Part shown: in pieces, positions 42,485-52,554 of the stretch
Numbering within the stretch: the stretch's first letter is position 1
Layout of the letters: every line of letters starts with the position of its first letter
Assembly: GCA_963675595.2 (NCBI GenBank)
Contig: CAXXLZ010000001.1
Coordinates: 1,120,001-1,184,000 of the forward strand
DNA: 64,000 nt
Direction: 5' to 3'
Source: Thermodesulfobacteriota bacterium
GTDB lineage: Bacteria; Desulfobacterota; Desulfarculia; JACQYL01
Notes under the pieces: generated by a model
Seen by the model: the letters and a program-made list of their open reading frames with translations, nothing else
Databases searched by the model: none
What the model was told of the DNA's origin: nothing
Translations under genes and position numbers: made by a program

Positions 42485-44251
42485 ATGCCTTTCTCAAATC
42501 GCCTTCTGAAAAACCTTTCCCCTCTCAAACGCTATTTCCTTGAGAACCGGAAGAGGATTGTAATCGGTCTTTTCTGCCTACTGGCAGTAGATATTCTGCA
42601 ACTCTTTATTCCCAGAATCATCAAGCGGGCTGTGGACGGCCTGACTCTCGGTACGATCGAAGCCGGCGATTTGCTTGCCTATGCTCTCGTCGTTGTCGCC
42701 ATCGCCCTGGTCGTGGGGCTGTTTCGCTATATATGGCGCCGACTTCTCTTCGGCCACTCCCGGATCGTGGAAAGAGACCTGCGCCGGCGGCTTTACGCCC
42801 ACATGCAAAGTCTCTCCATGGGATATTACCAGCAAGCCCGAACGGGTGAGCTCATGGCGCACGCCATAAACGACATGGATGCCGTGCGCTTCGCTGTCGG
42901 AATGGGCGTAGTGGCCCTTAACGACGGAGTGATTCTTGGGCTCGCCACGATAGGGTTCATGTTCTACATCAATGCGAAACTTACGCTCATCTCTTTGATC
43001 CCAATGCCTTTCATCGTGCTGGCCAGCAGGATACTCACCCGCAAAATGCATAGTCATTTTCAAAAAGTGCAACAGATATTCGGAGAGCTTACCGAACAGG
43101 CGCGGGAAGCCTTTTCAGGCATCAGGATGGTACAGGCCTATGGGCTGGAAGCCTGGCAAAAACGTAGGATGACCGATTTGGGCGAGCGTTATGTCCACGA
43201 GAACGTCCAATTGGGACGAGTCATGGCCCTGTTTTCTCCCATGATGCTGCTTTTGACGAATTTGAGCCTCACCATTGTCCTATGGTGGGGGGGAGGCATG
43301 ACCATTCTCGGGGATACGAGCACCGGGGATTTCGTGGCTTTTATCAGCTACCTGAATCTCCTCACGTGGCCGATGATGGCCTTGGGTTGGGTTACCAATC
43401 TGGTCCAACGAGGATCGGTTTCCATGGCCAGGATCAACCGGATTCTGAAAGAGTCGCCGGACGTTGCCGACTCGCCGGATGCGGTGAGCCTGGAAAGAGT
43501 TCGGGGGGCATTTCGACTGGCGGAGGTGGCCCTCAAGTATCCCCATGAAGGTCGCTGGGTTCTGAAAGGGCTTTCCATCGCGCTTGAACCGGGTGAGACA
43601 ACGGCCTTGGTAGGACGGACGGGCTGCGGAAAAACCACATTTGTCCGCCTGCTTACTCGTTTGCTCGATCCCACGGACGGAGTCGTTATGCTGGATGGAA
43701 CACCGATCCGCGAGTTGCGTCTGGCGTCCCTCAGGGCCTCCGTGGGAACCGTACCCCAGGAGCCCGGTTTGTTCTCCGATTCGCTGTTCAACAATCTCGT
43801 AATGGGAAGAGAGGCGGAAGCCGTCGAGGAGCGTGCTTTCGAATGCCTGCGGGTCGCGGAACTGGAAGAGGAAACGAAATCTTTCCCGCAGGGAATTCAC
43901 ACCTTGGTGGGAGAGCGAGGGATCACTCTGTCGGGCGGACAGCGGCAGAGACTGGCTCTGGCACGCGCGCTCTTCTCGGATCCGCCCATCCTCATCGTAG
44001 ACAACGGACTCTCCATGGTCGACGCGGGAACGGAACAGCGCATTTTAGACAACCTGTTCCAAACGAGGAAGGGAAGAACCAATCTGCTGATCTCCCATCG
44101 GGTGGCCACGATACGTCGTGCTCACCGGATATTGGTGCTCGAAGGGGGACGTATTCGGGAACGGGGTACTCACGAAGAGTTGATGGCCGGCGGTGGAATT
44201 TATCCCCGCATCTATGAAGAGGCGTTGCTGGCGGAAAGGCTCGAAGGCTGA
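42485..44251 (+). CDS. ABC exporter ATP-binding/permease subunit (MdlA/YheI-like)
   Basis: TM domain; GRTGCGKT, LSGGQRQR; degenerate Walker B (LIVDN). Confidence 0.9.
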   Translation: MPFSNRLLKNLSPLKRYFLENRKRIVIGLFCLLAVDILQLFIPRIIKRAVDGLTLGTIEAGDLLAYALVVVAIALVVGLFRYIWRRLLFGHSRIVERDLRRRLYAHMQSLSMGYYQQARTGELMAHAINDMDAVRFAVGMGVVALNDGVILGLATIGFMFYINAKLTLISLIPMPFIVLASRILTRKMHSHFQKVQQIFGELTEQAREAFSGIRMVQAYGLEAWQKRRMTDLGERYVHENVQLGRVMALFSPMMLLLTNLSLTIVLWWGGGMTILGDTSTGDFVAFISYLNLLTWPMMALGWVTNLVQRGSVSMARINRILKESPDVADSPDAVSLERVRGAFRLAEVALKYPHEGRWVLKGLSIALEPGETTALVGRTGCGKTTFVRLLTRLLDPTDGVVMLDGTPIRELRLASLRASVGTVPQEPGLFSDSLFNNLVMGREAEAVEERAFECLRVAELEEETKSFPQGIHTLVGERGITLSGGQRQRLALARALFSDPPILIVDNGLSMVDAGTEQRILDNLFQTRKGRTNLLISHRVATIRRAHRILVLEGGRIRERGTHEELMAGGGIYPRIYEEALLAERLEG

Positions 44252-44255
44252 CCAG

Positions 44256-46349
44256 GTGCATACGGGTTACGGATATTCCGAAGAGGCGGATCGGGGCAAA
44301 CTCCGAAACTTGTTCCTGTTGCGCAGGTTGGCGCCTTACGTATTGCCCTATGGAAGGATGGTCGTAGCGATCCTGCTCCTGACACTGCTGGGCACGGGAT
44401 TCGAGTTGGTCCCTCCCTATCTCACCAAAGTCGCCATCGACCGTTATATCCTGCCGACCTTCCATCGTGTCTCCTTGGACAAAAGGTCCCTCGTGGAATC
44501 TCCGGAGCTTCTTCATCATTACGAGGCGTTGCTGAAGGACCGACGCTATCTTTCCAACCAGGAGATAAGGAAGATCGATCCCGCCCACCTCAGGCTCCTC
44601 AAACAGGCCGGTGTGATCGGGGAAGAGCGCTATTATCGATGCCGGGACAGCGAGATGACGGAAGCTCTTGCAGCCCGTTTTCCGGGAAAGTTCGACCCGG
44701 TGGGCGGATATTCCTACATAGATTATGGGAGTTTCGACGAGCTGCCGGCGTCCGAAATCAGGGACCTGAGAAAAGACGATTTCCGGGGCGTGAGTATCGT
44801 GGCATTGCTTTTCCTCACCGCCCTCGGGTTTTCCTTCCTGTCTCACTACGGTTCCATCTACGCATTGGAATGGACTTCCCACAATATCATGCAGGACATG
44901 CGCGTTGAACTTTTTGCTCACCTGACCCGGCAGGGCGTGCCTTTTTTCGATCGCAACCAGGTGGGAAGATTGGTGACGCGCGCCACCAATGATGTGCAGA
45001 ATCTCAACGAACTGTTCAAATCCGTTATTCTCGCCGTCTTCAAAGACGTCTTCGTCATAGCGGGGGTCGTCTTCGTCCTGTATCGATTGAACTCCTCCCT
45101 CGCCATGGTCTGTTTCACCTTGATCCCTTTTATCCTGATCCTGACCCTGCTTTTTGCATGGCTGGCCCGCGAGGCTTTCCGGGAAATCCGCGTGCAGGTG
45201 GCCAAGCTGAACGGATTTTTCCAAGAGAGTTTCGCCAACATGACCGTGATCCAGCTCTTTGTGCGGGAACTTCATCGCCTGTCTTTGTTCGAAAACGTGA
45301 ACCAAGACAACTTTCGAGCGGGGATGAGGCAGATTACGATATTTGCCGTTTTCCTTCCGGCCATAGAGCTTTTGGCGGCTCTGGCGGTGGCCCTCGTAAT
45401 CTGGTACGGGGGAGGGGAGGTGGTGAGGGAACGGATTTCCTTGGGGGTTCTAGTGGCCTTTATCGGATATGTCCAGTTGTTCTTCAGACCTATTCGAGAG
45501 ATTTCCGAGAAGTTCAATATCATGCAGTCGGCTTTGGCCAGCACGGAGAGAATCTTTCAGCTCCTGGACCATGACGAAAGTCCCCGGCGGAGAGGGAAGG
45601 AACACGGACCCGACCGACTACGCGGCCATGTGGTTTTCCGGGAGGTGCACTTCGCCTATCGTGAGGGTGAGCCCGTGTTGGAGGACATCAATTTCGAGGC
45701 GCTGCCCGGTGAGACGGTGGCTCTGGTAGGTGCCACCGGAGCGGGGAAGACAACTCTCATTCATTTGCTGGAGAGGTTTTACGAGCCTTCTCGGGGAAAT
45801 ATTCTCATCGACGATGTGGACCTGCGGGACTGGGATCTAGAGCGTCTGCGGAGATCCATCGGGCTCGTGATGCAGGATACGGTACTCTTTTCGGGTAGCG
45901 TGCTGGACAACATGCGCATGGACAGGGAAGAGCTGTCCACGGACGAGGTACGCGATTTGATGCGGCGGATTCAAGCGGACGACCTGTTCGCGGCACTGCC
46001 GGGAGGGTATGATCACGAGGTGGGGGAGGGGGGAGCCGTCCTCTCCGTGGGAGAAAGGCAACTGATCGCGTTTGCCAGGGTCTTGGTCCATGACCCCGAA
46101 ATCCTGATCTTGGACGAGGCCACCGCCCATGTGGATCCCCAAACGGAGCGCGTCATCCAAGAGGCCATGAGCCGTCTCATCAAAGGGCGCACCACCTTCG
46201 TCATTGCCCATCGCCTATCCACCATACGCCATGCCGACCGGATTCTGGTGATGAGGAAAGGTCGGATCGTGGAGTCCGGCAAGCACGACGAGCTCATGGC
46301 GTTCGGCGGCCTTTACTATGACCTCAACCGATATCGGGAAGCCCAGTGA
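44256..46349 (+). CDS. ABC exporter ATP-binding/permease subunit (MdlB/YheH-like)
   Basis: GATGAGKT, LSVGERQ, LILDEAT, IAHRLST; extracytoplasmic insertion after TM1. Confidence 0.9.
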   Translation: MHTGYGYSEEADRGKLRNLFLLRRLAPYVLPYGRMVVAILLLTLLGTGFELVPPYLTKVAIDRYILPTFHRVSLDKRSLVESPELLHHYEALLKDRRYLSNQEIRKIDPAHLRLLKQAGVIGEERYYRCRDSEMTEALAARFPGKFDPVGGYSYIDYGSFDELPASEIRDLRKDDFRGVSIVALLFLTALGFSFLSHYGSIYALEWTSHNIMQDMRVELFAHLTRQGVPFFDRNQVGRLVTRATNDVQNLNELFKSVILAVFKDVFVIAGVVFVLYRLNSSLAMVCFTLIPFILILTLLFAWLAREAFREIRVQVAKLNGFFQESFANMTVIQLFVRELHRLSLFENVNQDNFRAGMRQITIFAVFLPAIELLAALAVALVIWYGGGEVVRERISLGVLVAFIGYVQLFFRPIREISEKFNIMQSALASTERIFQLLDHDESPRRRGKEHGPDRLRGHVVFREVHFAYREGEPVLEDINFEALPGETVALVGATGAGKTTLIHLLERFYEPSRGNILIDDVDLRDWDLERLRRSIGLVMQDTVLFSGSVLDNMRMDREELSTDEVRDLMRRIQADDLFAALPGGYDHEVGEGGAVLSVGERQLIAFARVLVHDPEILILDEATAHVDPQTERVIQEAMSRLIKGRTTFVIAHRLSTIRHADRILVMRKGRIVESGKHDELMAFGGLYYDLNRYREAQ

Positions 46350-47374
46350 TCGATTCCGACTTTCGCGCTTTTCTCCTTCGTCGATTTCCTCTTCCTTTCG
46401 GGATCGCCCCCTTGAAAGGCGACGGATCGGACCGGGCTTTTTACAGAGTCCTGAGCCGAGGAGGATCCAGGGTGGCGCTGGACCACTCGGTGAACCTCCG
46501 CGAAGCGGCCTCCTACCATCACATCGGTACCCATCTATTGCGTTGCGGGATTCCGGTTCCCGAAATTGCGGCTTTCGAAGATGATCGTTTCTTCATTCTG
46601 GAAGACCTGGGAGACGAGGATCTGTATCGATACCGGCACAAGTCCGCCGAGATCGAAGGAGACGTTATGGACCTCTATAGGGAGGCCCTTGACGTTCTTG
46701 TCGGGCTTCGGCTCCGGGCGACGAAGTCTTTTCGGAGTGAATGGTGCCTGGAAGAATCGGTGTATACGGGTGACTTTGCATATCGCAGGGAGAGCTGCTA
46801 TTTTCTGGACTGTTTTGTCGGAGAGTATATGGGGCTTCGGGTTTCCGGAGACACTCGCAAAGAACTGAAAGATATTGCGTCGAGGATCGATGCCGTCCCA
46901 ACGGACACCTTGATCCATCGAGACTACCAGTCCAGGAACCTGATGGTTCGAGGCGACCGTTGTTTCGTCATCGACTTTCAGGGAGCGAGGTTCGGCCCCG
47001 GCCTGTATGATGCGGCGTCTCTGCTGTATGATCCTTACGTACGGCTCCCTCGTTCCGTGAGGGAAACCCTGCTGGATTATCATTTGGCCGCATTGTGCGG
47101 GCCGAAGTCCGAGAGGGTTTTTCCCCTTAGAACCGAATTCCATTTGCTGGCCTTTCACCGTCTTATGCAGGCGCTGGGCGCGTTTGCATTCCTGGGGCTG
47201 CGGAAAGGAAAGCAAGGGTTCTTGGAGCATGTGCCGGCCGCGTTGGTTCATCTTGCAGAAGTCTGGCATGATATAGGAATCCGAGGGTATCCCGGGGTGG
47301 ATCACTTGATCCGGGAGCTGGGGGACGATGGTGTGGTCGGGTCGAAAGGCGGAGTTGAACCGTCGATTCGATGA
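46346..47374 (+). CDS. Aminoglycoside phosphotransferase family kinase (AmgK-like)
   Basis: GDGSDRAFYR, LEDLGD, HRDYQSRN, IDFQGA, YDAASLL. Confidence 0.82.
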   Translation: MIDSDFRAFLLRRFPLPFGIAPLKGDGSDRAFYRVLSRGGSRVALDHSVNLREAASYHHIGTHLLRCGIPVPEIAAFEDDRFFILEDLGDEDLYRYRHKSAEIEGDVMDLYREALDVLVGLRLRATKSFRSEWCLEESVYTGDFAYRRESCYFLDCFVGEYMGLRVSGDTRKELKDIASRIDAVPTDTLIHRDYQSRNLMVRGDRCFVIDFQGARFGPGLYDAASLLYDPYVRLPRSVRETLLDYHLAALCGPKSERVFPLRTEFHLLAFHRLMQALGAFAFLGLRKGKQGFLEHVPAALVHLAEVWHDIGIRGYPGVDHLIRELGDDGVVGSKGGVEPSIR

Positions 47375-47485
47375 GCTTTTTCGCATGGGGTTTGTGCTCC
47401 GATCGGGATAAACTACTCGATAGCACTGAAAAATGTTGACCTCTTGGGCTTTTCGGCTATGATTAGGACTTTTGTGAGGCGGATC

Positions 47486-48052
47486 ATGGCAGCCGACGCA
47501 ACGGAAGAAATCATCCTCTCGGCGGAAGACATTGAAAACCTGGTTACGGACTTGGCTCTGCGGATCAAGGACGTCTACGGGGAGATGGATAGTTTTGTAC
47601 TGGTGGGCATTCGGACCGGCGGTGCCTTCCTGGCCCAGCGTTTGCGGGAAAAACTCGAGAGCCTGATTTCGAGAACGGTTCCCACGGGAATCATCGACAT
47701 TACCATGTACCGGGACGATTGGACCCGGATCGGCAATGCTCCCATCGTGGGAAAGACGGAACTCTTTTTTCCTCTGAACGACGCGGATATCCTGTTGGTG
47801 GACGATGTGATCTTCACCGGTCGAACCATCCGAGCCGCCATGGAGGCGCTGATCGATTTCGGTCGACCTCGGAGCATACAGGTGGCGGTCCTGGTGGACC
47901 GTGGCGGAAGAGAGCTCCCCATTACCGCCAATTTCGTGGGAATTCACCGGCAAGCGCTGCCGGGCGAATCCATAAACGTATATCTCAAAGAAAAAGGTGG
48001 CGTGGACCGCGCCGTGTTGGCTAAAAGGAAGAAGGAAGATCCGGATGGGTGA
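47486..48052 (+). CDS. pyrR: PyrR / uracil phosphoribosyltransferase
   Basis: GIRTGG, DITMYRDD, VDDVIFTGRTIRAA, DRGGRELPI. Confidence 0.93.
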   Translation: MAADATEEIILSAEDIENLVTDLALRIKDVYGEMDSFVLVGIRTGGAFLAQRLREKLESLISRTVPTGIIDITMYRDDWTRIGNAPIVGKTELFFPLNDADILLVDDVIFTGRTIRAAMEALIDFGRPRSIQVAVLVDRGGRELPITANFVGIHRQALPGESINVYLKEKGGVDRAVLAKRKKEDPDG

Positions 48053-48305
48053 AGGCGCCTGTTCGGAATAATTGGATCGGCGGTGTCTCGCCGGGTCGTT
48101 TTGAGGCCTGAGAGCGTTGCCTGAATCCGTCGATTTCGGGGCTTTACTTCCGGAAAGTCGGAGCCCTGAATTCGATGAACACGGGAAGAGGATCGGAGGC
48201 GGGTTCGGATTCTCTATCTTTGTGAAAATTGGAACCCGCATTCCCGGACAAACCGACCGGAAATCAAGTCCAAAGGACCGACAACTCTATTCGGGAGAAC
48301 AGCTC

Positions 48306-48743
48306 ATGAGCGAACCTCAGTGGCAACCCAGGATCGTTGCCTTCCTCTGCAATTGGTGCAGTTACGGGGCCGCTGACCTGGCAGGAATCGGTCGCATGCA
48401 ATATCCGTCGGAACTGCGGGTCATTCGCGTACCGTGCTCCGGCAGGATAAGCCCCAAGTTCATCCTCAGCGCCTTCCGTCGAGGAGCCGACGGAATCTGG
48501 GTCTCCGGTTGACACCCCGGCGACTGTCACTATATCGAAGGCAATTTCTATGCGCGCAGGAAATTCGCCCTGCTCAAGAATTTGCTGGAGTATATTGGCA
48601 TCGAGCCCGGGAGGCTCCATTTTTCCTGGATATCTTCTGCGGAATCCACCAAGTTTCAAAAGGTCGCCACGGAGGTCAGCGAGGCCGTGCGCGCTCTAGG
48701 GCCGGCCGACAGGTTGATCAAAGAGCTGGCCGAGGTGGCATAA
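48306..48743 (+). CDS. mvhD: MvhD/FlxD-like [2Fe-2S] subunit, selenoprotein (in-frame TGA 48510-48512)
   Basis: [15 protein letters not shown], then [16 protein letters not shown] where the family has GCHPGDCHY; the frame continues MvhD-like (WISSAE) to TAA 48741-48743. Confidence 0.9.
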
Positions 48744-49694
48744 ATGATCGAGTATACGGATAAAATAAGAGAAATCGCAAAGCGGTTGCTCGAGTCCGGG
48801 CAGGTGGACATGTTCATCGGTTTCCGCAAGGGCACGGTTCCCATGATGAACGAACCTATCATGATCAGGAAGCCCGAAGACGCGGACTTGCTGCATTGGG
48901 ACTCGAACTGCGGCATTAACTTGGCCAACTATCTTCCCAAAAGGACGGAGCGCATCGGAATTGTAGCCAAAGGGTGCGACTCCAGGAACATCGTCAACCA
49001 CGTGGTGGAAAACCAGATCACCAGAGAGCAGCTGGTAATCGTGGGAATTCCCTGTACCGGAATGATCGATCGGCGGAAGATCGCCGATTCGGCGGGCGGC
49101 CGAGAAGTTGTCGAGGTTGCTGAAAAGGGTGACGAAATCACGGCTTCAGGAAAAGACTTCAAGGAGTCTTTCAAGAAGAAAGATGTGCTCCAGGACAATT
49201 GCGCTATTTGCATCCATCGCAATCCGGTGATCTACGACGAGCTGGTAGCCCCGGAGGTGGAAGAGCAAAAGGACGTGGATCGCTACGAGGACATTCGAGC
49301 GGTGGAGGCCATGACGGCCGACCAGAAGTGGGCGCATTTCCAGGAGCTCATTAGCCCCTGCATTCGGTGCTACGCCTGCCGCAACGCCTGTCCCTTGTGT
49401 TACTGTCCCGTTTGTTTCGTCGACGAAAGCAGGCCCCAGTGGGTGGGCAAAAGCATCGACAAAACCGACACGCTGACTTTTCATTTCCTTCGGGCCTATC
49501 ATTGCGCGGGGAGATGCACTGACTGCGGCGCCTGTGAGCGGGCCTGCCCGGTGGGAATCAAGGTGAGGCAGTTCACCAAGAAACTCGAGAAGGACGTCAA
49601 GGAGCTGTACGACTGGGAAACCGGCCTGACATTGGAAGAGAGGCCTCCCCTGGACCGCTACCGTCCCGATGATCCGGATGAATTCGTCAAATGA
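48744..49694 (+). CDS. 4Fe-4S dicluster protein (FlxC-like)
   Basis: AKGCD, CIRCYACRNACPLCYC, CTDCGACERACP. Confidence 0.82.
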   Translation: MIEYTDKIREIAKRLLESGQVDMFIGFRKGTVPMMNEPIMIRKPEDADLLHWDSNCGINLANYLPKRTERIGIVAKGCDSRNIVNHVVENQITREQLVIVGIPCTGMIDRRKIADSAGGREVVEVAEKGDEITASGKDFKESFKKKDVLQDNCAICIHRNPVIYDELVAPEVEEQKDVDRYEDIRAVEAMTADQKWAHFQELISPCIRCYACRNACPLCYCPVCFVDESRPQWVGKSIDKTDTLTFHFLRAYHCAGRCTDCGACERACPVGIKVRQFTKKLEKDVKELYDWETGLTLEERPPLDRYRPDDPDEFVK

Positions 49695-49710
49695 TTTTAA
49701 GGGATTGATC

Positions 49711-50769
49711 ATGAAATCGATCGTCGTTTCCAAAGATCGTTTCCGATCGGTGCTCGATGCTTTTTCACGGGACTATGAGGTGTTGGTTCCCGTGAAGGAG
49801 GAGGAGTACTTCGCGTTCAAGAAGTTGGAGGAAGGAGTCGATCCCGACTTCAAGTTTCAAAACACGCGTCTCTCCCCCAAGCAGCTGATGCAGCCCCAAT
49901 CGGAAAAGATGTTTGCCTATACGCTGGAGCCTGAGGCGGAAGACGCCGGAATCCTCAGTGAGATTCCCGGAGAGGTACCGGAAAGGCTCGTCGTGGGCAT
50001 CAGACCTTGCGATGCCCTGGCTGTGCAATTGGTGAAAAAGAACTTCGAAACTCCTGAATACCAGGATCCTTTTTGGCTGCAACGGTACGAGAAGACTCTT
50101 TTCGTGGGTTTCGCCTGTAACGACCCGTGCGCAACCTGTTTCTGCACGAGCGTGGGCTGCGGCCCCTTCCACGAAGCCGGTCTGGACGTGCTCATGGTCG
50201 ATCTGGGGGACCGCTTTCTCCTGAAGTCGTTAACCGACAAAGGGAAGGGCTTGGTCGAGAAGGCCGGAGGCGAAGCCGCCAAAGACAAGGATGAAAAGGC
50301 CCTGAACAAAGCCCGGGAAGAGGCGGAGAAGAAGATCACCTGCACCGTTCCCACGGACAAGCTGGCCGACCAGCGGCTGAACGATTTGTTTGATGCCGAT
50401 TTCTGGGAAGAAGTGGCTTTCGCCTGCATCAACTGCGGGACCTGTACGTTTTTGTGTCCCACCTGCTGGTGTTTCGACATCCAGGACGAAGTGAGCCGAA
50501 ACAACGGAATCAGACTTCGAAATTGGGATTCCTGTATGTTTCCTTTGTTCACCCTTCACGGATCCGGTCACAATCCCAGGGATCACAAATCTCAAAGAGT
50601 CCGTCAGCGTTTCATGCACAAGCTCAAGTACTACATCGACAAGTACGGCGGCGGGCCGGCATGCGTGGGTTGTGGACGTTGCGTCCAATTCTGCCCCGTG
50701 AACATCGACATCCGCCGGGTGTTTGAGAAGATGAACTCCTGGGCGTCTCCGGAACGCAAGTCGGCCTGA
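49711..50769 (+). CDS. 4Fe-4S dicluster protein (FlxB/AsrA-like)
   Basis: GIRPCD, CINCGTCTFLCPTCWCF, WDSC, CVGCGRCVQFCP. Confidence 0.85.
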   Translation: MKSIVVSKDRFRSVLDAFSRDYEVLVPVKEEEYFAFKKLEEGVDPDFKFQNTRLSPKQLMQPQSEKMFAYTLEPEAEDAGILSEIPGEVPERLVVGIRPCDALAVQLVKKNFETPEYQDPFWLQRYEKTLFVGFACNDPCATCFCTSVGCGPFHEAGLDVLMVDLGDRFLLKSLTDKGKGLVEKAGGEAAKDKDEKALNKAREEAEKKITCTVPTDKLADQRLNDLFDADFWEEVAFACINCGTCTFLCPTCWCFDIQDEVSRNNGIRLRNWDSCMFPLFTLHGSGHNPRDHKSQRVRQRFMHKLKYYIDKYGGGPACVGCGRCVQFCPVNIDIRRVFEKMNSWASPERKSA

Positions 50770-50786
50770 CAGAAAGGGGTACTGCA

Positions 50787-51629
50787 TTGAAGAATCCGTA
50801 CTTACCCTATCCGGTCCGTATTATCGATATCATTACCGAAACGGAAGACAAGAACCTTAAGACCTTCAAATTCGAGTTCCTGCGCCCTGAAGACGAGGCC
50901 GCTTTCCAATATACACCGGGCCAGTTCGCCGAGCTTTCGGTAGCCGGCAAGGGCGAGATCCCCATCGGCATCGCCTCTTCCCCCACGGAAAAAGGTTTTG
51001 TGATGTTTACCGTGAACAAGGTGGGATTGGTAACGACCTTCCTTCACGATATGGCCGTAGGGGACATCATGGGAATCCGGGGACCTTTGGGGAACTGGTA
51101 TCCTTGGGAGCGCATGGAGGGAAAGAACGTGGTGATCGTCGGTGGTGGATTCGCCTTTACCACGTTGCGATCAAGCATCGTCTATATGTTGGACCCGGCA
51201 AACCGGAGCAAGTATGGCGATATCCACGTGATCTACGGCGCCCGGTCTCCGGGGATGCTGTTGTACAGGGAAGAGCTGGCGGCTTGGGAGCAACGGGACG
51301 ACATTCACATGCACATCACCGTGGACCGGACCGACGACCCGGACTGGAAATACAACGTGGGGTTCGTCCCGGCCATTACGGAGCAGAAGGCTCCGGGAGC
51401 GGACAACGCTTTGGCCCTGGTTTGCGGCCCGCCCATTATGATCAAGTTCACCCAGCCGGTGCTCAGCAAACTCGGTTTCGAAGCGAACCAGATCATCATG
51501 AGCCTGGAAATGCGCATGAAATGCGGCATTGGAATCTGCGGACGCTGCAACATCGGAGACAAACTGGTGTGCAAGGACGGTCCGGTGTTCACGTTGGAAG
51601 AACTCAACGAGATGCCCAAGGAATACTGA
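50787..51629 (+). CDS. FAD/NAD(P)-binding 2Fe-2S subunit (FlxA/AsrB-like)
   Basis: PGQF, IRGPLGN, CGPPIM, MKCGIGICGRC, CKDGPVF; TTG start. Confidence 0.88.
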   Translation: MKNPYLPYPVRIIDIITETEDKNLKTFKFEFLRPEDEAAFQYTPGQFAELSVAGKGEIPIGIASSPTEKGFVMFTVNKVGLVTTFLHDMAVGDIMGIRGPLGNWYPWERMEGKNVVIVGGGFAFTTLRSSIVYMLDPANRSKYGDIHVIYGARSPGMLLYREELAAWEQRDDIHMHITVDRTDDPDWKYNVGFVPAITEQKAPGADNALALVCGPPIMIKFTQPVLSKLGFEANQIIMSLEMRMKCGIGICGRCNIGDKLVCKDGPVFTLEELNEMPKEY

Positions 51630-51661
51630 CCGCCGCGACGAAATACAGAGGCATGGGCGAT

Positions 51662-52204
51662 ATGGGAGAGATCAAGAGCACGCTTGATTTGGTGCTTGAG
51701 AAGACCAAACACCTCCGCCCGGATGAAGGGGAACTACGCCGGCTTCGTCTCGAAGAGGCAAAAAGTAAGGCAAGGGGACTGACCCGAAAATATCTGGACG
51801 GTCAAGTCCCCTTCCATCGTTTTCGCGAAGAGCTGTCCGGGCTGGGAGATGCGGGAATTCGGGAGGGGGTGGACCGTGTTCTGGAAACCGTGGGACCCGA
51901 CTCGATGCCCCCCGACCTGTTGGATGACCTGCTTTCCTGGACGAATGCCGCTGAGGAAATTCACGAGATTCGCCGCTTGTTCGACCAATACGGCGAGGAT
52001 CGTATCGCCGCGAAAGAGCATTTCGGCGGGCGGATTCTCAGAAGCCTCCAGGCTGAGCGTATTTCCGGTACTGCGGTGATCCCCAATGTAGATGCGGACC
52101 CGGAGTACGAATTAAGACTCGAAGAGTTGCACCAACGGCTCTCGGATCGCCTGCGGGCCTCCAAAGAAGCGCTCCGAAAGTCCCTCCTGCTTGCCCGCTC
52201 CTGA
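51662..52204 (+). CDS. Conserved-looking hypothetical protein
   Basis: MGEIKSTLDLVLEKT N-terminus, ISGTAVIPN; helical. Confidence 0.65.
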   Translation: MGEIKSTLDLVLEKTKHLRPDEGELRRLRLEEAKSKARGLTRKYLDGQVPFHRFREELSGLGDAGIREGVDRVLETVGPDSMPPDLLDDLLSWTNAAEEIHEIRRLFDQYGEDRIAAKEHFGGRILRSLQAERISGTAVIPNVDADPEYELRLEELHQRLSDRLRASKEALRKSLLLARS

Positions 52205-52323
52205 ACCTTGTCGCTCCAAGTCGGCGGTGAAGTTCTCATCAGAAAAAACAACCCCGCCGGAGACTCCTTCTTTACGTCGCTACGAGTCTCGACGGGGCCG
52301 AAGTCTCTTCGGAGACCGCTATA

Positions 52324-52527
52324 CTATCCTTCCAGATCCTTAAGGGCGACCCTCAGGCAATCCGTTACCTGGTCGTTGAGCTGGACGATCTTACGAATCT
52401 GTTCCGCCGCGGCTTTCTTTCCCGCTTCCTCGAGTTGCTCGGCGAAAAGTTCGTATTCCTCTCCATGGTGATCATTGTGGGTCATCCAGTGGCTGATGCG
52501 AATTTTGGCTTTTTCCAGAGTGTCCAC
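52324..52527 (-). CDS. Small His-motif helical protein
   Basis: HWMTHNDHHGEEY; GTG start after GAGGAGG. Confidence 0.7.
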   Translation of the reverse strand: MDTLEKAKIRISHWMTHNDHHGEEYELFAEQLEEAGKKAAAEQIRKIVQLNDQVTDCLRVALKDLEG

Positions 52528-52554
52528 GGTGTCCTCCTCAAAAGGTGAGAAGTT

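Noticed and set aside
48220-48237. Rex operator upstream of the flx cluster
   Set aside because: Only one half-site (TTGTGAA) matches.
48510-48512. mvhD as a nonsense pseudogene
   Set aside because: The stop is TGA exactly at a conserved Cys and the downstream frame is intact, which favours Sec recoding.
51104-51661. 366-aa ORF overlapping the flxA-like gene
   Set aside because: Only the part from MGEIKS (51662) looks like a real protein.
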